A DNA stretch of 64,000 nt from an uncultured Alphaproteobacteria bacterium (GTDB lineage: Bacteria > Pseudomonadota > Alphaproteobacteria > Rhodobacterales > Rhodobacteraceae), in assembly GCA_963816545.1 (NCBI GenBank), contig CAWFLE010000001.1, forward strand, positions 528,745-592,744. The letters run 5' to 3'. The notes beneath the pieces are model-generated. The model was not told the origin of the DNA. It saw nothing but the letters and a program-made list of their open reading frames with translations, and did not search any database. The translations under genes and the position numbers were made by a program. Below are positions 1 through 9,369 of this stretch, piece by piece. Position 1 is the first letter of the stretch. The number at the start of each line of letters is the position of its first letter.

Positions 1-1
1 C

Positions 2-670
2 CCCCGCATCCACGAGGCCGGCGCCCTCCTGATCTGCCAGACCCAGACGCTGGACGACGCCCGCGCCGCCCTCGACGCCGGGGCAAGGGTCATCGTCGCG
101 CAGGGGTCCGAGGCCGGCGGCCACGGCCAGCGCCGCGCCACCTTCACCCTCGTCCCGGAGACCGCGGACCTCATCGCCGCCCGCGCGCCCGAAACCCTCC
201 TCTGCGCCGCAGGCGGCGTGGGAGACGGCCGCGGCCTTGCCGCCGCCCTGATGCTCGGGGCCGACGGCGTGGTGGTCGGCTCCCGCTTCTGGGCGTCCGA
301 GGAAGCCCTCGTTCTCCCCGCCCTTCAGGCCGCCGCCCTGCGCGCCACCGGCGACGACACCGTCCGCTCGAACCTCCCCGACATCGCCCGCGGCTACGCC
401 TGGCCCGAGCGCTTCGACATCCGCACCCTGCGCAACGCCTTCACCGACCGCTGGCTCCCGGACCCCGAGGCCCTGCGCGCCGCCCCCGACGCCCACGCCC
501 GCTGGCGCGAGGCCATGGCCGGGGGCGAGCCCGACGCCGGCAGCGTCATCGTCGGCGAGGCGACCGGCCTCTTCCACGACATCCGCCCCGCCGCCGATCT
601 CCTCGAAGACATGATCCGCGAGGCCGAAGCCCGCCTCCGCGGCGGCGCGGACCTCGTCGAAGCCCCATGA
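2..670 (+). CDS. Nitronate monooxygenase (2-nitropropane dioxygenase) family flavoprotein, 5'-truncated by the window edge
   Basis: Frame 2 is open from the window start: IVAQGSEAGGHG, AAGGVGDGRGLAAALMLGADGVVVGSRF. Confidence 0.85.
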   Translation, partial: PRIHEAGALLICQTQTLDDARAALDAGARVIVAQGSEAGGHGQRRATFTLVPETADLIAARAPETLLCAAGGVGDGRGLAAALMLGADGVVVGSRFWASEEALVLPALQAAALRATGDDTVRSNLPDIARGYAWPERFDIRTLRNAFTDRWLPDPEALRAAPDAHARWREAMAGGEPDAGSVIVGEATGLFHDIRPAADLLEDMIREAEARLRGGADLVEAP

Positions 671-1120
671 CCCGCCGCGGCCAGGTTCTCCCTTCCGCCG
701 CCTGCCGCGCATCTCTCGCCCCCGCCGACCGCGGACCTGGCTCCTCCTCGCCGCCCTCCACCTCGAACCGATACGCACGGCGCGCGAACCCGCCGGCCTC
801 GCTCCCCCTCCTGCCGCCGCATCCTCTCCTTCACGGACGGCGACACCCTCGTCGCCCGGTGTCCGCGGGAGGGCGTGAGCACGGGCCGCCTCCTCGGTCT
901 CGACACGCCGGCGTTCGGCCAGTCCTGATGCGCGCTGGAGCCGTTCGTCGCCTTCGCCGCGACCCTCCCCGCCCATGTCTTCGCCGCCCGCAGGGCGACC
1001 ATCGGCGTCTCCGGCTCCGACCCGCAACGGCCGCCGCCGGGGGCGCTCGTCCTCGACGGCCGCTCCGCCGCCGGCTTCGTTGCAGGCGCCGGCCTCGCCC
1101 ACGGCCGACGCACGTCCTGA
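667..1120 (+). pseudogene. Degenerate thermonuclease (SNase-like) family gene
   Basis: Frame 2 reads ILSFTDGDTL...[18 protein letters not shown]...LVLDGRS...AGLA (SNase-like DGDT and RLxGxDTP motifs). In-frame TGA at 926-928; N-terminus lies in other frames. Confidence 0.55.
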
Positions 1121-1220
1121 CGCAACTCCGGCCGCCCCCGCCCCCTCCGACCTTGCACGCCGCCCCGCCCCCGGCGATACCTTCCTGAACCCCCGCAGCG
1201 GGGACCAGAGGGAGGCGCGC

Positions 1221-3209
1221 ATGTTCCAGAAGATCCTCATCGCCAACCGCGGAGAGATCGCCGTCCGCGTCGCCCGCACCGCCCGCCGCCTCGGGATCCG
1301 CACCGTCGCCGTCCACTCCGACGCCGACGCCCACGCCCTCCATGTCCAGGAATGCGACGAGGCCGTCCGCATCGGCCCCGCCCCCGTCTCCGACAGCTAC
1401 CTCCGCGCCGACCGCATCCTCGCCGCCGCCCACGCCACCGGCGCGGAAGCCATCCATCCCGGCTACGGCTTCCTCTCCGAAAACCCCGACTTCGCCGAAG
1501 CCGTCACCCAGGCCGGCCTCCGTTTCATAGGCCCCCCCGCCGCCGCCATCCGTGCCATGGGCCTCAAGGACGCCGCCAAGGCCCTGATGGAACAGGCCGG
1601 CGTCCCCGTCGTCCCCGGCTATCACGGCCCCGACCAGGACCCCGCCTTCCTCGCCCGCGAGGCCGAGGCCATCGGCTATCCCGTCCTCATCAAGGCCCGC
1701 GCGGGCGGCGGCGGCAAAGGCATGCGCCGCGTCGACCACCCCAAGGACTTCCCCGAAGCCCTCGCCTCCGCCCAGCGCGAGGCGAAATCCGCCTTCGGCG
1801 ACCCCGCCTGCCTCATCGAGAAATACGTCTCCCACCCCCGCCACATCGAGGTCCAGGTCTTCGCCGACGACCACGGCCGCGCCATCCACCTGTTCGAGCG
1901 TGACTGCTCCCTCCAGCGCCGCCACCAGAAGGTGATCGAGGAAGCCCCCGCCCCCGGCATGACCGACGCAATGCGCGCAGAGATCGGCGCCGCCGCCGTC
2001 CGCGCCGCCAAGGCCATCAACTACTCCGGCGCCGGCACCGTCGAATTCATCGCCGACGCCTCCGAGGGCCTCCGCCCCGACCGCATCTAGTTCATGGAAA
2101 TGAACACCCGCCTCCAGGTCGAGCACCCGGTCACGGAGTCCATCACCTTCCTCGACCTCGTCGAATGGCAGCTCCTCGTCGCCGCCGGCCACCCTCTCCC
2201 GCTGGCGCAAGAAGACCTCGAACCCGAAGGCCACGCCATCGAGGCCCGCCTCTACGCCGAGGACCCCTCCCGCAACTTCCTCCCTCAAACGGGGCGCCTC
2301 GCCCACCTCCGCCTCCCCTCAGGCGTGCGCGTGGACTCCGGCGTGCGCGAGGGCGACGAGGTCTCCCCCCACTACGACCCGATGATCGCCAAGCTCATCG
2401 CCCGCGGCGACACGCGCGAGGAGGCCCTCTCCCGCCTCCGCTCCGCCCTCGCGCGCACCGAGATCGCCGGCCTCACCACCAACCTCCCCTTCCTCCGCCG
2501 CCTCCTCGCCCACGAGGGCTTCTCGAACGGCGACATGGACACCGGCCTGATCGACCGCGACCTCGCCGCCCTGACCGCCCCCCCCGAAACCCCGCCAGCC
2601 GCCCCCGCCCTCGCCGCCCTCGCCGCCCTCCACCTCGACACGCCCGCCCCGGACCGAGCCCCCTTCTCCGCCCGCGACGGCTTCCGCCTCTGGTCGCCCG
2701 AGCGCCGCCGCCTGACCCTCGACGGCCCCGAAGGCCCCACGGAAATCGCCCTCTCCATCCTCGCCCCCGGCCATTTCGAAATCCACAACGGCCCCGAGAC
2801 CACCCCGCTCACCCTCTCAGGCCCCCCCGAAGCCCTCCGCTACCGCTACGGCGCCGACGCCCCCGCCCGCCCCGCAACCCTCGTCCGCCACGCGGGCCGC
2901 ATCACAATCATCGCCGAAGGCGCCACGACCACCTTCTCCCCCCCCGACCCCATAGCCGCCGCCGAGGCCGCCTCGGCCGGCGACACGATCACCTCCCCCA
3001 TGCCCGGCCTGATCAAGCTGGTGACCGCCGCCCCCGGCGACCGCGTGACCGAGGGCCAGACCCTGATCGTGATGGAAGCGATGAAGATGGAGCACCGCCT
3101 GACCGCCCCCCGCGACGGCGAGGTCTCCGACCTCCTCTGCACCGAGGGCGCCCAGGTCGCCGAGGGCGCGATCCTGCTGAAGCTGGCGGTGGAGGAGACG
3201 CCCGCCTGA
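1221..3209 (+). CDS. 3-methylcrotonyl-CoA/acyl-CoA carboxylase alpha subunit (biotin carboxylase + BCCP), interrupted by an in-frame TAG at 2088-2090
   Basis: [43 protein letters not shown], then [16 protein letters not shown] in the same frame, and C-terminal EAMKME biotinylation motif; GGAGG RBS. Confidence 0.9.
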
Positions 3210-3312
3210 AGTCACCACCACAAAGCGATTTTCATTGACAGCCGCCCGGTAATTAACCTCCTGTTCAAAAACAGTCAGCGCCTGTTCTTGTTGCGATTTT
3301 TGGAGCCTGTCG

Positions 3313-4362
3313 ATGTCCGATCTCGAACCCCTCGTCGCCGACCTCCGGGATCGCCTCGAAGCCGCCAAGGAACTCGCCAAGACCGAGGAGGCCACGAAGA
3401 ACGCCGTCGTCATGCCCTTCCTGCGGATGCTCGGCTACGACGTGTTCGACCCGCGCGAGGTGATCCCCGAATTCGTCGCCGACGTGGGCATCAAGAAGGG
3501 CGAGAAGATCGACTACGCCATCCGCCTCGCCAACGAGATCGCGATGCTGGTGGAGGTGAAGACCCTCGACGTGGACCTCGGCAAGGCCCAATACAGCCAG
3601 CTCTACCGCTATTTCGCCGCCTGCAAGGCATCGGTCGCGCTCCTGACCAACGGCCGCCGCTTCATGTTCTTCACGGACATCGACGCGCCGAACAAGATGG
3701 ACGATCACCCTTTCTTCGTCTTCGACCTCGAGTCCTATTCCGACGCCGACATCCTCGAACTCTCCCGCTTCCACAAGACGTCTTTCGACATCGAACGCAT
3801 CCGCTCCACCGCCTCGCGCCTCAAGCACGTCGCCCTCGCCACCGCCTTCCTTCGCGGCCAGTTCGACGCCCCTGACGACGAGTTCGTCCGCTTCGTCGCC
3901 CGCAGCTTCCACGAGGGCAACCTGACGGCCAAGGTGGTCGAAGCCCTCCGCCCCACCGTCAAGGCCGCCTTCGCCCAGCTCATCCGCGAGCGCATCGAAC
4001 GCAAGCTCCGCCTCGCCTTCGACGGCCCTTCCGAAGCCTCCACCGAGACGCCGGAGCCCGAAGCCTCCGACATCGAGACCACCCCCGATGAACTCCAGGC
4101 GTGGTACATCATCAAGGCGATCGCCGCCGCCGACGTCCCACCCTCGCGCATCGCCATGCGCGACGCACGGAGCTACTGCGCGATCCTTCTCGACGACAAC
4201 AACCGGAAGCCGATCTGTCGCCTGCACTTCAACGGCAAGAAGCAGTGGCACGTCGGCTTCATGGACGATGACAAAAAAGAGGTTCGGGAGCCTGTGGCCT
4301 CGCCCGAGGATCTCTACCTCCACGCCGACCGCATACGTGCGGCAATCAACCGCTTCGCCTAG
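3313..4362 (+). CDS. Stand-alone type I restriction HsdR N-terminal (PD-(D/E)xK) domain protein
   Basis: TEEATKNAVVMPFLRMLGYDVFDP, GEKIDYAI, MLVEVK, QLYRYF, LLTNG, LLDDNNRKPICRLHFN. Confidence 0.75.
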   Translation: MSDLEPLVADLRDRLEAAKELAKTEEATKNAVVMPFLRMLGYDVFDPREVIPEFVADVGIKKGEKIDYAIRLANEIAMLVEVKTLDVDLGKAQYSQLYRYFAACKASVALLTNGRRFMFFTDIDAPNKMDDHPFFVFDLESYSDADILELSRFHKTSFDIERIRSTASRLKHVALATAFLRGQFDAPDDEFVRFVARSFHEGNLTAKVVEALRPTVKAAFAQLIRERIERKLRLAFDGPSEASTETPEPEASDIETTPDELQAWYIIKAIAAADVPPSRIAMRDARSYCAILLDDNNRKPICRLHFNGKKQWHVGFMDDDKKEVREPVASPEDLYLHADRIRAAINRFA

Positions 4363-4441
4363 AGAACAAAATCAGAGGCGTATTAGGGATCTGTTTAAGA
4401 TGTTAACAAATGTTGCGAACGTATTAACCTGATTTCTCCGA

Positions 4442-4457
4442 TGTTTCACGTGGAACA
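4442..4457. other. parS site (ParB binding)
   Basis: TGTTTCACGTGGAACA; reverse complement TGTTCCACGTGAAACA matches the parS consensus TGTTNCACGTGAAACA; intergenic. Confidence 0.8.
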
Positions 4458-4534
4458 CTCCAAGTACCCCCCCCGCTTCCCTCCCCTCCCGCCCTGCGCC
4501 ATGATCCCCAAGCGCAACCGCCGGAGGCCCCCTG

Positions 4535-5446
4535 ATGCCCGACCCCGCCTACCCCCGAGACCTGATCGGCTACGGCGAGACCCCGCCCGACCCCGCTTGG
4601 CCGAACGGCGCGAAGCTCGCCCTCAGCTTCGTGATCAACTACGAGGAAGGCGCCGAATACTCCCTCCTCCACGGAGACCGCCAGTCCGAGGCCTTCCTCT
4701 CCGAAGTCACCCAGGCCACGAACTGGCCGAACCAGCGCCACTGGAACATGGAATCCATGTACGAATATGGCTCCCGAGCCGGTTTCTGGCGCCTCCACCG
4801 CATGTTCACCTCCCGAAACCTGCCCGTCACCGTCTTCGGCGTCGCCATGGCCCTCGCCCGCAACCCCGAAGCCGTCTCCGCCATGCGCGCCGCCGACTGG
4901 GAAATCGCCTCCCACGGCCTGCGCTGGATCGAATACAAGGACTTCGCCCGCGAGGACGAACGCGCCCACCTCCACGAAGCCATCCGCCTGCACGAGGAAA
5001 CCACCGGCGCCCGCCCCACCGGCTGGTACACCGGCCGCTGCTCCATGAACACGGTCGACCTGGTGGCCGAGGAGGGCGGCTTCGCATGGTGCTCCGACAG
5101 CTACGCCGACGACCTGCCCTACTGGCAGCGCACCACCTCCGGCCCGCAACTGGTGCTTCCCTACTCGCTGGACGCCAACGACGCCCGCTTCATCTCCAGC
5201 CAGGGCTGGGGCAGCCCCTCGGCGTTCCATGAATACCTCTCCAATTCGGTGGAACTACTGCTGGACGAGGGCCGCGCCGGCGCCCCGAAGATGATGTCCG
5301 TGGGCCTGCACTGCCGCCTCGCCGGCCGTCCCGGCCGCGCCGCCGCCCTCGCCCGCTTCCTCGACGAGGTCGCGAACCACCCCGAGATCTGGGTCACGAC
5401 CCGCCTCGGGATCGCCGACCACTGGCGCGCGCGCTTCCCCGCCTGA
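4535..5446 (+). CDS. puuE: Allantoinase PuuE (polysaccharide deacetylase fold)
   Basis: YPRDLIGYG, NYEEGAE, ESMYEYGSRAGFWRL, SHGLRWI, GWYTGR, MMSVGLHCRLAGRPGR. Confidence 0.9.
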   Translation: MPDPAYPRDLIGYGETPPDPAWPNGAKLALSFVINYEEGAEYSLLHGDRQSEAFLSEVTQATNWPNQRHWNMESMYEYGSRAGFWRLHRMFTSRNLPVTVFGVAMALARNPEAVSAMRAADWEIASHGLRWIEYKDFAREDERAHLHEAIRLHEETTGARPTGWYTGRCSMNTVDLVAEEGGFAWCSDSYADDLPYWQRTTSGPQLVLPYSLDANDARFISSQGWGSPSAFHEYLSNSVELLLDEGRAGAPKMMSVGLHCRLAGRPGRAAALARFLDEVANHPEIWVTTRLGIADHWRARFPA

Positions 5447-5470
5447 CGCCAACCGTCCCGCGAAAGCCGC

Positions 5471-5531
5471 GCGCCTCCGCCCCTGCGGAGGCGCCTCCGG
5501 GAACCGGAGGCCTGCGGGCGCGCCCGCAGGC
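5471..5531. repeat. Three overlapping GC-rich inverted repeats between convergent puuE and dsyB
   Basis: GCGCCTCCGC-CCCT-GCGGAGGCGC, GCCTCCGG-GAA-CCGGAGGC, and perfect 22-bp palindrome GCCTGCGGGCGCGCCCGCAGGC. Confidence 0.6.
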
Positions 5532-5556
5532 GCGGCCGGCCCGGCGAATGCGCTCC

Positions 5557-6570
5557 TCAGCCCGGCTTGCGCCCCATGGCCAGCATGGTCAGCCCCGGGA
5601 TCATCGGCTGCACCGAGACGTCCTCGAACCCGGCCTCCGTCAGCGCCCCGGCCAGCCACGCATCGTCCAGCGACCGCGCCGTGGGCGTGAACGCCGTATG
5701 CTGCAACTGCCACAACGCCGCCAGCTTCGGCCCCGTCCGGTCCGCCTCCACCACGAAATCATGCAGCAGATACAGCCCCCCCGGCGCCAGCGTCTTACAG
5801 GCCCGCGAGATCAGCCCCTCATGCGCCTCCCCCGGCACGCCCGAGAACAGGTAGCTCATCAGCACCGCGTCCTGCCCGCCCGGCCAGTCCGTTTCCAGCG
5901 CGTTGCCCTCGATGTAGGAGATCCGGTCGCTCAGCCCCGCCTCCTTCACGTAGCGCCGCCCCAGCTTCGCGACGTTGGGGAAATCCACCACCGTCGCCTG
6001 AAGCCCCTCGAACGCCTTGCACAGCGTGATCGCGTAGGCGCCCGTGCCGCCGCCCACGTCCAGCAGGCCACGCGCCGCCGACAGGTCCGCGAGCTTCGCC
6101 AGCCCCCGCGCCGGACCCAGAGACCCGGCATGCTGGCTCTCGGAATAGAGCCGCGCCTCCTCCGGGTCCTCGAACCACTGGGCGTAGCTGCCGGTGGCGC
6201 CCTCGGGCAGGCGGTCGGCCAGCGCCGGCTCGATCTGATCCAGCAGCGAATACATCTGCCGGTCCACCTGAAGCCGCAGGTAGTCGCCGAAATCGTACTT
6301 GGCGCCCTTCACCAGGAAGGCCTCCGCCGCCGGCGCGTTGGCGAACCGCTCCCCCTCCACCGACACCAGCTTCAGCGAGGCCACCGCCGTCAGCAGCGTC
6401 CGCGCCCGCTCGGCGGGCAGGCCCGAGGCCTCGCCCAGCGCCTCGGCCGTCATCGGCCCCTCGGCCAGGTGCGTGAACACTCCGTAGTGCAGCGCCGCGA
6501 ACAGCGCCTTCGAGCCCATGAACCCGAACGCGATGTCCGAGATCTCCTCCGCCGTGGTGAGCAGCGTCAT
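5557..6570 (-). CDS. dsyB: DsyB, MTHB S-methyltransferase of DMSP biosynthesis
   Basis: 337 aa: MTLLTTAEEISDIAFGFMGSKALFAAL, AEAFLVKGAKYDFGDYLRLQV, LYSESQHAGSLGPAR, LLDVGGGTG, LMSYLFSGV, GPKLAALWQLQHTAFTP, recognised as DsyB-specific blocks. Confidence 0.9.
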   Translation of the reverse strand: MTLLTTAEEISDIAFGFMGSKALFAALHYGVFTHLAEGPMTAEALGEASGLPAERARTLLTAVASLKLVSVEGERFANAPAAEAFLVKGAKYDFGDYLRLQVDRQMYSLLDQIEPALADRLPEGATGSYAQWFEDPEEARLYSESQHAGSLGPARGLAKLADLSAARGLLDVGGGTGAYAITLCKAFEGLQATVVDFPNVAKLGRRYVKEAGLSDRISYIEGNALETDWPGGQDAVLMSYLFSGVPGEAHEGLISRACKTLAPGGLYLLHDFVVEADRTGPKLAALWQLQHTAFTPTARSLDDAWLAGALTEAGFEDVSVQPMIPGLTMLAMGRKPG

Positions 6571-6733
6571 CGTCCCAACCCCCCATGTTCCGATCGCGAC
6601 GGAGAGTATCCTGAAACCGACGCGTCTTGCCAGCCTGCGGCGCCTGATCCCGCGTCGCAAACGGCCCGGTGACGCCTTCTCAGGCGCCGACACCCGCGCT
6701 ATGCCTGATCCGTCCCCAGCCGAAGGAGCCTCC

Positions 6734-7741
6734 ATGCCCGACGAGATCGCCCCCCTGCCCAAGCTCCCCGACTGGGCCGCGCCGCTCATCAACCTCGCCT
6801 CCCCGCGGCTGGGGGCCGAGGCGACGGAGGCGTCGGACGACTTCTTCGCCGACCGCGCGCGCCTGCTTCAGGACGCGCCCGCGGTCTGGAAGCCCGACGT
6901 CTTCGATGACAACGGCAAGTGGATGGACGGGTGGGAAAGCCGGCGCCGGCGCGACTCGGGCCATGACTGGTGCGTGATCCGGCTGGGCGTGACCGGCGCC
7001 ATCCGCGGCGTGGACATCGACACCAGCTGGTTCACCGGCAACTACCCCAAGGCGGCCTCGCTGCAGGGCGCGCGCGGCGAGGGGCGGCCGGGGGAGGCGG
7101 ATTGGGTGGAGGTCGTCCCCTCCACCACGCTCGGCCCCTCCGGCCACCATTTCATCGAAGCGTCGGCCGAGGGGCCGTTCAACTGGCTCCGGCTGAACAT
7201 CCACCCCGACGGCGGCGTCGCGCGGCTGCGGGTCTACGGCACGCCCGTCCCCGACTGGTCGGGCGCGGGGGACGAGACGGTCGAGCTCTCGGCCATCCGC
7301 AACGGCGGCCGGGTGCTGGCCTTCAACGACGCGCATTACGGCGACGTCTGGGCGGTGCTGTCCGAGGGGCGCGGCCGCAACCAGGCCGACGGGTGGGAGA
7401 CGCGCCGGCGGCGGGAGCCCGGGAACGACTGGCTGATCGCCGCCCTCGGCGCCCGCGGCACGGTGGAGCGGCTGGAGATCGACACCGCCCATTTCAAGGG
7501 CAACTTCCCCCACCGCGTGTCCCTCCAGGCGGCCGACGTGACCTGGGGCACGGACGGCAGCGTGGCGACGCAGGCGATGTTCTGGCCGGTGCTGATGGAG
7601 CCGCGCCCCGTCGGCCCCGACGCGATCCATGTGTTCGAGGGCGAGGCGCTGGCGGCCCTTGGCCCCGTCAGCCACGTCAAGCTGAACCTGCACCCGGACG
7701 GCGGCGTCTCGCGCCTGCGGGTCTTCGGGCGGCGGGCATGA
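6734..7741 (+). CDS. alc: Allantoicase
   Basis: Two repeats of DGWE(S/T)RRRR and PDGGV(A/S)RLRV(Y/F)G; AAGGAG RBS. Confidence 0.92.
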   Translation: MPDEIAPLPKLPDWAAPLINLASPRLGAEATEASDDFFADRARLLQDAPAVWKPDVFDDNGKWMDGWESRRRRDSGHDWCVIRLGVTGAIRGVDIDTSWFTGNYPKAASLQGARGEGRPGEADWVEVVPSTTLGPSGHHFIEASAEGPFNWLRLNIHPDGGVARLRVYGTPVPDWSGAGDETVELSAIRNGGRVLAFNDAHYGDVWAVLSEGRGRNQADGWETRRRREPGNDWLIAALGARGTVERLEIDTAHFKGNFPHRVSLQAADVTWGTDGSVATQAMFWPVLMEPRPVGPDAIHVFEGEALAALGPVSHVKLNLHPDGGVSRLRVFGRRA

Positions 7742-8214
7742 GGGAGATCGCGGTCCAGCCCCTGACGGCGGAGGCCTTCGCCCCCTTCGGGCGGGTGATC
7801 GAGGCGGCGCCCGCCTCCGCGGTCGGGATCAACGCCGGATGGACGACCCGCTTCCACGCTCTGGCCGAGATCGACGTGGAGGGCGCGCCCCCGATCCTCT
7901 CGATCTTCCGCAGCCGGGTTCGCCCGCTGGTGGTGGATATGCTGGAGCGGCATCCGTTCGGCACGCAGGCGTTCTTCCCGCTGGGGGGGCGGCCGTGGCT
8001 CGCGGTCTGCGCCGAGACGCCGGAGGCTGAGCCGCAGGCGTTCCTGTTCCGGGGGGATCAGGGGGCGCAGATCGGGCGGGGGGTGTGGCACGCGCCGCTG
8101 CTGACGCTGGCGGCGCAGGATTTCCTGGTGGCGGATCGGGCGGAGCCGGAGGGGAATGTGGAGGTGGTGGAGGTACACTATGAGATCGAGACTACCAGTT
8201 CCTCTTCTCGATGA
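7738..8214 (+). CDS. allA: Ureidoglycolate lyase
   Basis: PLTAEAFAPFG, MLERHPFGTQAFFP, GVWHAPL; ATGA overlap with alc. Confidence 0.88.
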   Translation: MREIAVQPLTAEAFAPFGRVIEAAPASAVGINAGWTTRFHALAEIDVEGAPPILSIFRSRVRPLVVDMLERHPFGTQAFFPLGGRPWLAVCAETPEAEPQAFLFRGDQGAQIGRGVWHAPLLTLAAQDFLVADRAEPEGNVEVVEVHYEIETTSSSSR

Positions 8215-8226
8215 TGATGGCGCCCC

Positions 8227-8991
8227 TTACACCCAGAGGAATGCTTGGAGCGCAGCGAGGGCGATCGTAACGATTGCACTGAGCAGCCCAACCACTTTCG
8301 CCACCCTCGTCTCAAAGAGTTTGTCCAGCCGATACCCATAGCCCCGAGACGCCGTTACTAGCCGTCCGGCCAGCATCCGCTTTAGCACGCGGTGCAAGAA
8401 GCCCACCTTGCACAACGTGGAGTTGTGCATTCTGATGAACTCTCCATTTTGGAAGGCGTCCACCTCTTCCTTACCCGTAAGGAAGTCTCGATGACGGCCT
8501 CCGTTTAGCTCCATCAGGCTCGTGAGCCTCGGATGAGCAGCGTAGTCCGCACCGTAGCGGTCTGCGAGAATATCATTAAGGTTGATCCGCCTTTCCACCG
8601 GTATCACGGGAGCATCCCTCTGTCCAAGCACCCGATAGCGATGCTCAAGATGCTCAAAGCCGTAGGTAAGGTTCCGCATATTCCAGTGAACCCAGTACTT
8701 GTCACGACGGTCTTGGACAAACCTATATAAGTCATCAAGAAGCTGTCGCTCGACCTCGTCAAACCGCTCCCTTACCGCCTCGCGCGGTATTTGAAGTTCC
8801 TCCGCTATCGCGTGCGTTGAAAAGCTTACCGTCTGTTCCGTCAGAAAGTGCGTGATAGCGATGGAGGTGATCCGCGGAGAAAGACCTTCGTTGTCATCGT
8901 ACAGACTCTGGCATGAGTAGTGAATGACGTAGAAATTTACCGGGTTGACCCGAATTTCCCTGAGGAAGTCCGAACTGCTCGAAATGCTCAC
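8227..8991 (-). CDS. Hypothetical protein, putative degenerate RNase H-like/3'-5' exonuclease fold with C-terminal TM helix
   Basis: 254-aa ORF of lower GC with AGGAGG RBS before GTG; HWNMRNLTYGFEHLEHRY resembles the Exo II motif; hydrophobic C-terminus VVGLLSAIVTIALAALQAFLWV. Confidence 0.7.
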   Translation of the reverse strand: MSISSSSDFLREIRVNPVNFYVIHYSCQSLYDDNEGLSPRITSIAITHFLTEQTVSFSTHAIAEELQIPREAVRERFDEVERQLLDDLYRFVQDRRDKYWVHWNMRNLTYGFEHLEHRYRVLGQRDAPVIPVERRINLNDILADRYGADYAAHPRLTSLMELNGGRHRDFLTGKEEVDAFQNGEFIRMHNSTLCKVGFLHRVLKRMLAGRLVTASRGYGYRLDKLFETRVAKVVGLLSAIVTIALAALQAFLWV

Positions 8992-9102
8992 ACGCCCCTC
9001 CTGCGTAGTTTTTCGCTATGTATCAGCGATCCCGAGGGTGACCTGACCCCTTGTTTCTCCTCCACGGCGTGCTGGGATCCCGGCCGACTGGAAGGGACCG
9101 GA

Positions 9103-9369
9103 ATGAAGCGCAGCAGGTTCACGGAAGAGCAGATCATCGGCGTTCTGCGGGAGCAGGAGGCCGGGGCCACGGTGGCGGAGCTATGCCGCAAGCACGGGAT
9201 GTCATCGGCGACGTTCTACGCCTGGAAGGCGAAGTACGGCGGGATGGACGTCTCCGACGCGAAGCGGCTGAAGGCCCTCGAGGACGAGAACGCCCGGCTG
9301 AAGCGGCTCTACGCCGACGCGATGCTCGACAACGCCGGGTTGAAGGATCTGCTGTCAAAAAAATGGTGA
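9103..9369 (+). CDS. IS3-family transposase OrfA (HTH)
   Basis: [12 protein letters not shown]...[21 protein letters not shown]...[11 protein letters not shown]. Confidence 0.92.
   Translation: MKRSRFTEEQIIGVLREQEAGATVAELCRKHGMSSATFYAWKAKYGGMDVSDAKRLKALEDENARLKRLYADAMLDNAGLKDLLSKKW

Noticed and set aside
2088-2090. Pyrrolysine or genome-wide TAG recoding
   Set aside because: No pyl genes in the window, and TAG serves as a normal stop elsewhere (HsdR-N gene, mepA, atpC, gdh).
4381-4460. Replication origin
   Set aside because: AT-rich patch is short, with no DnaA-box cluster or usual oriC-flanking genes; only parS is supported.
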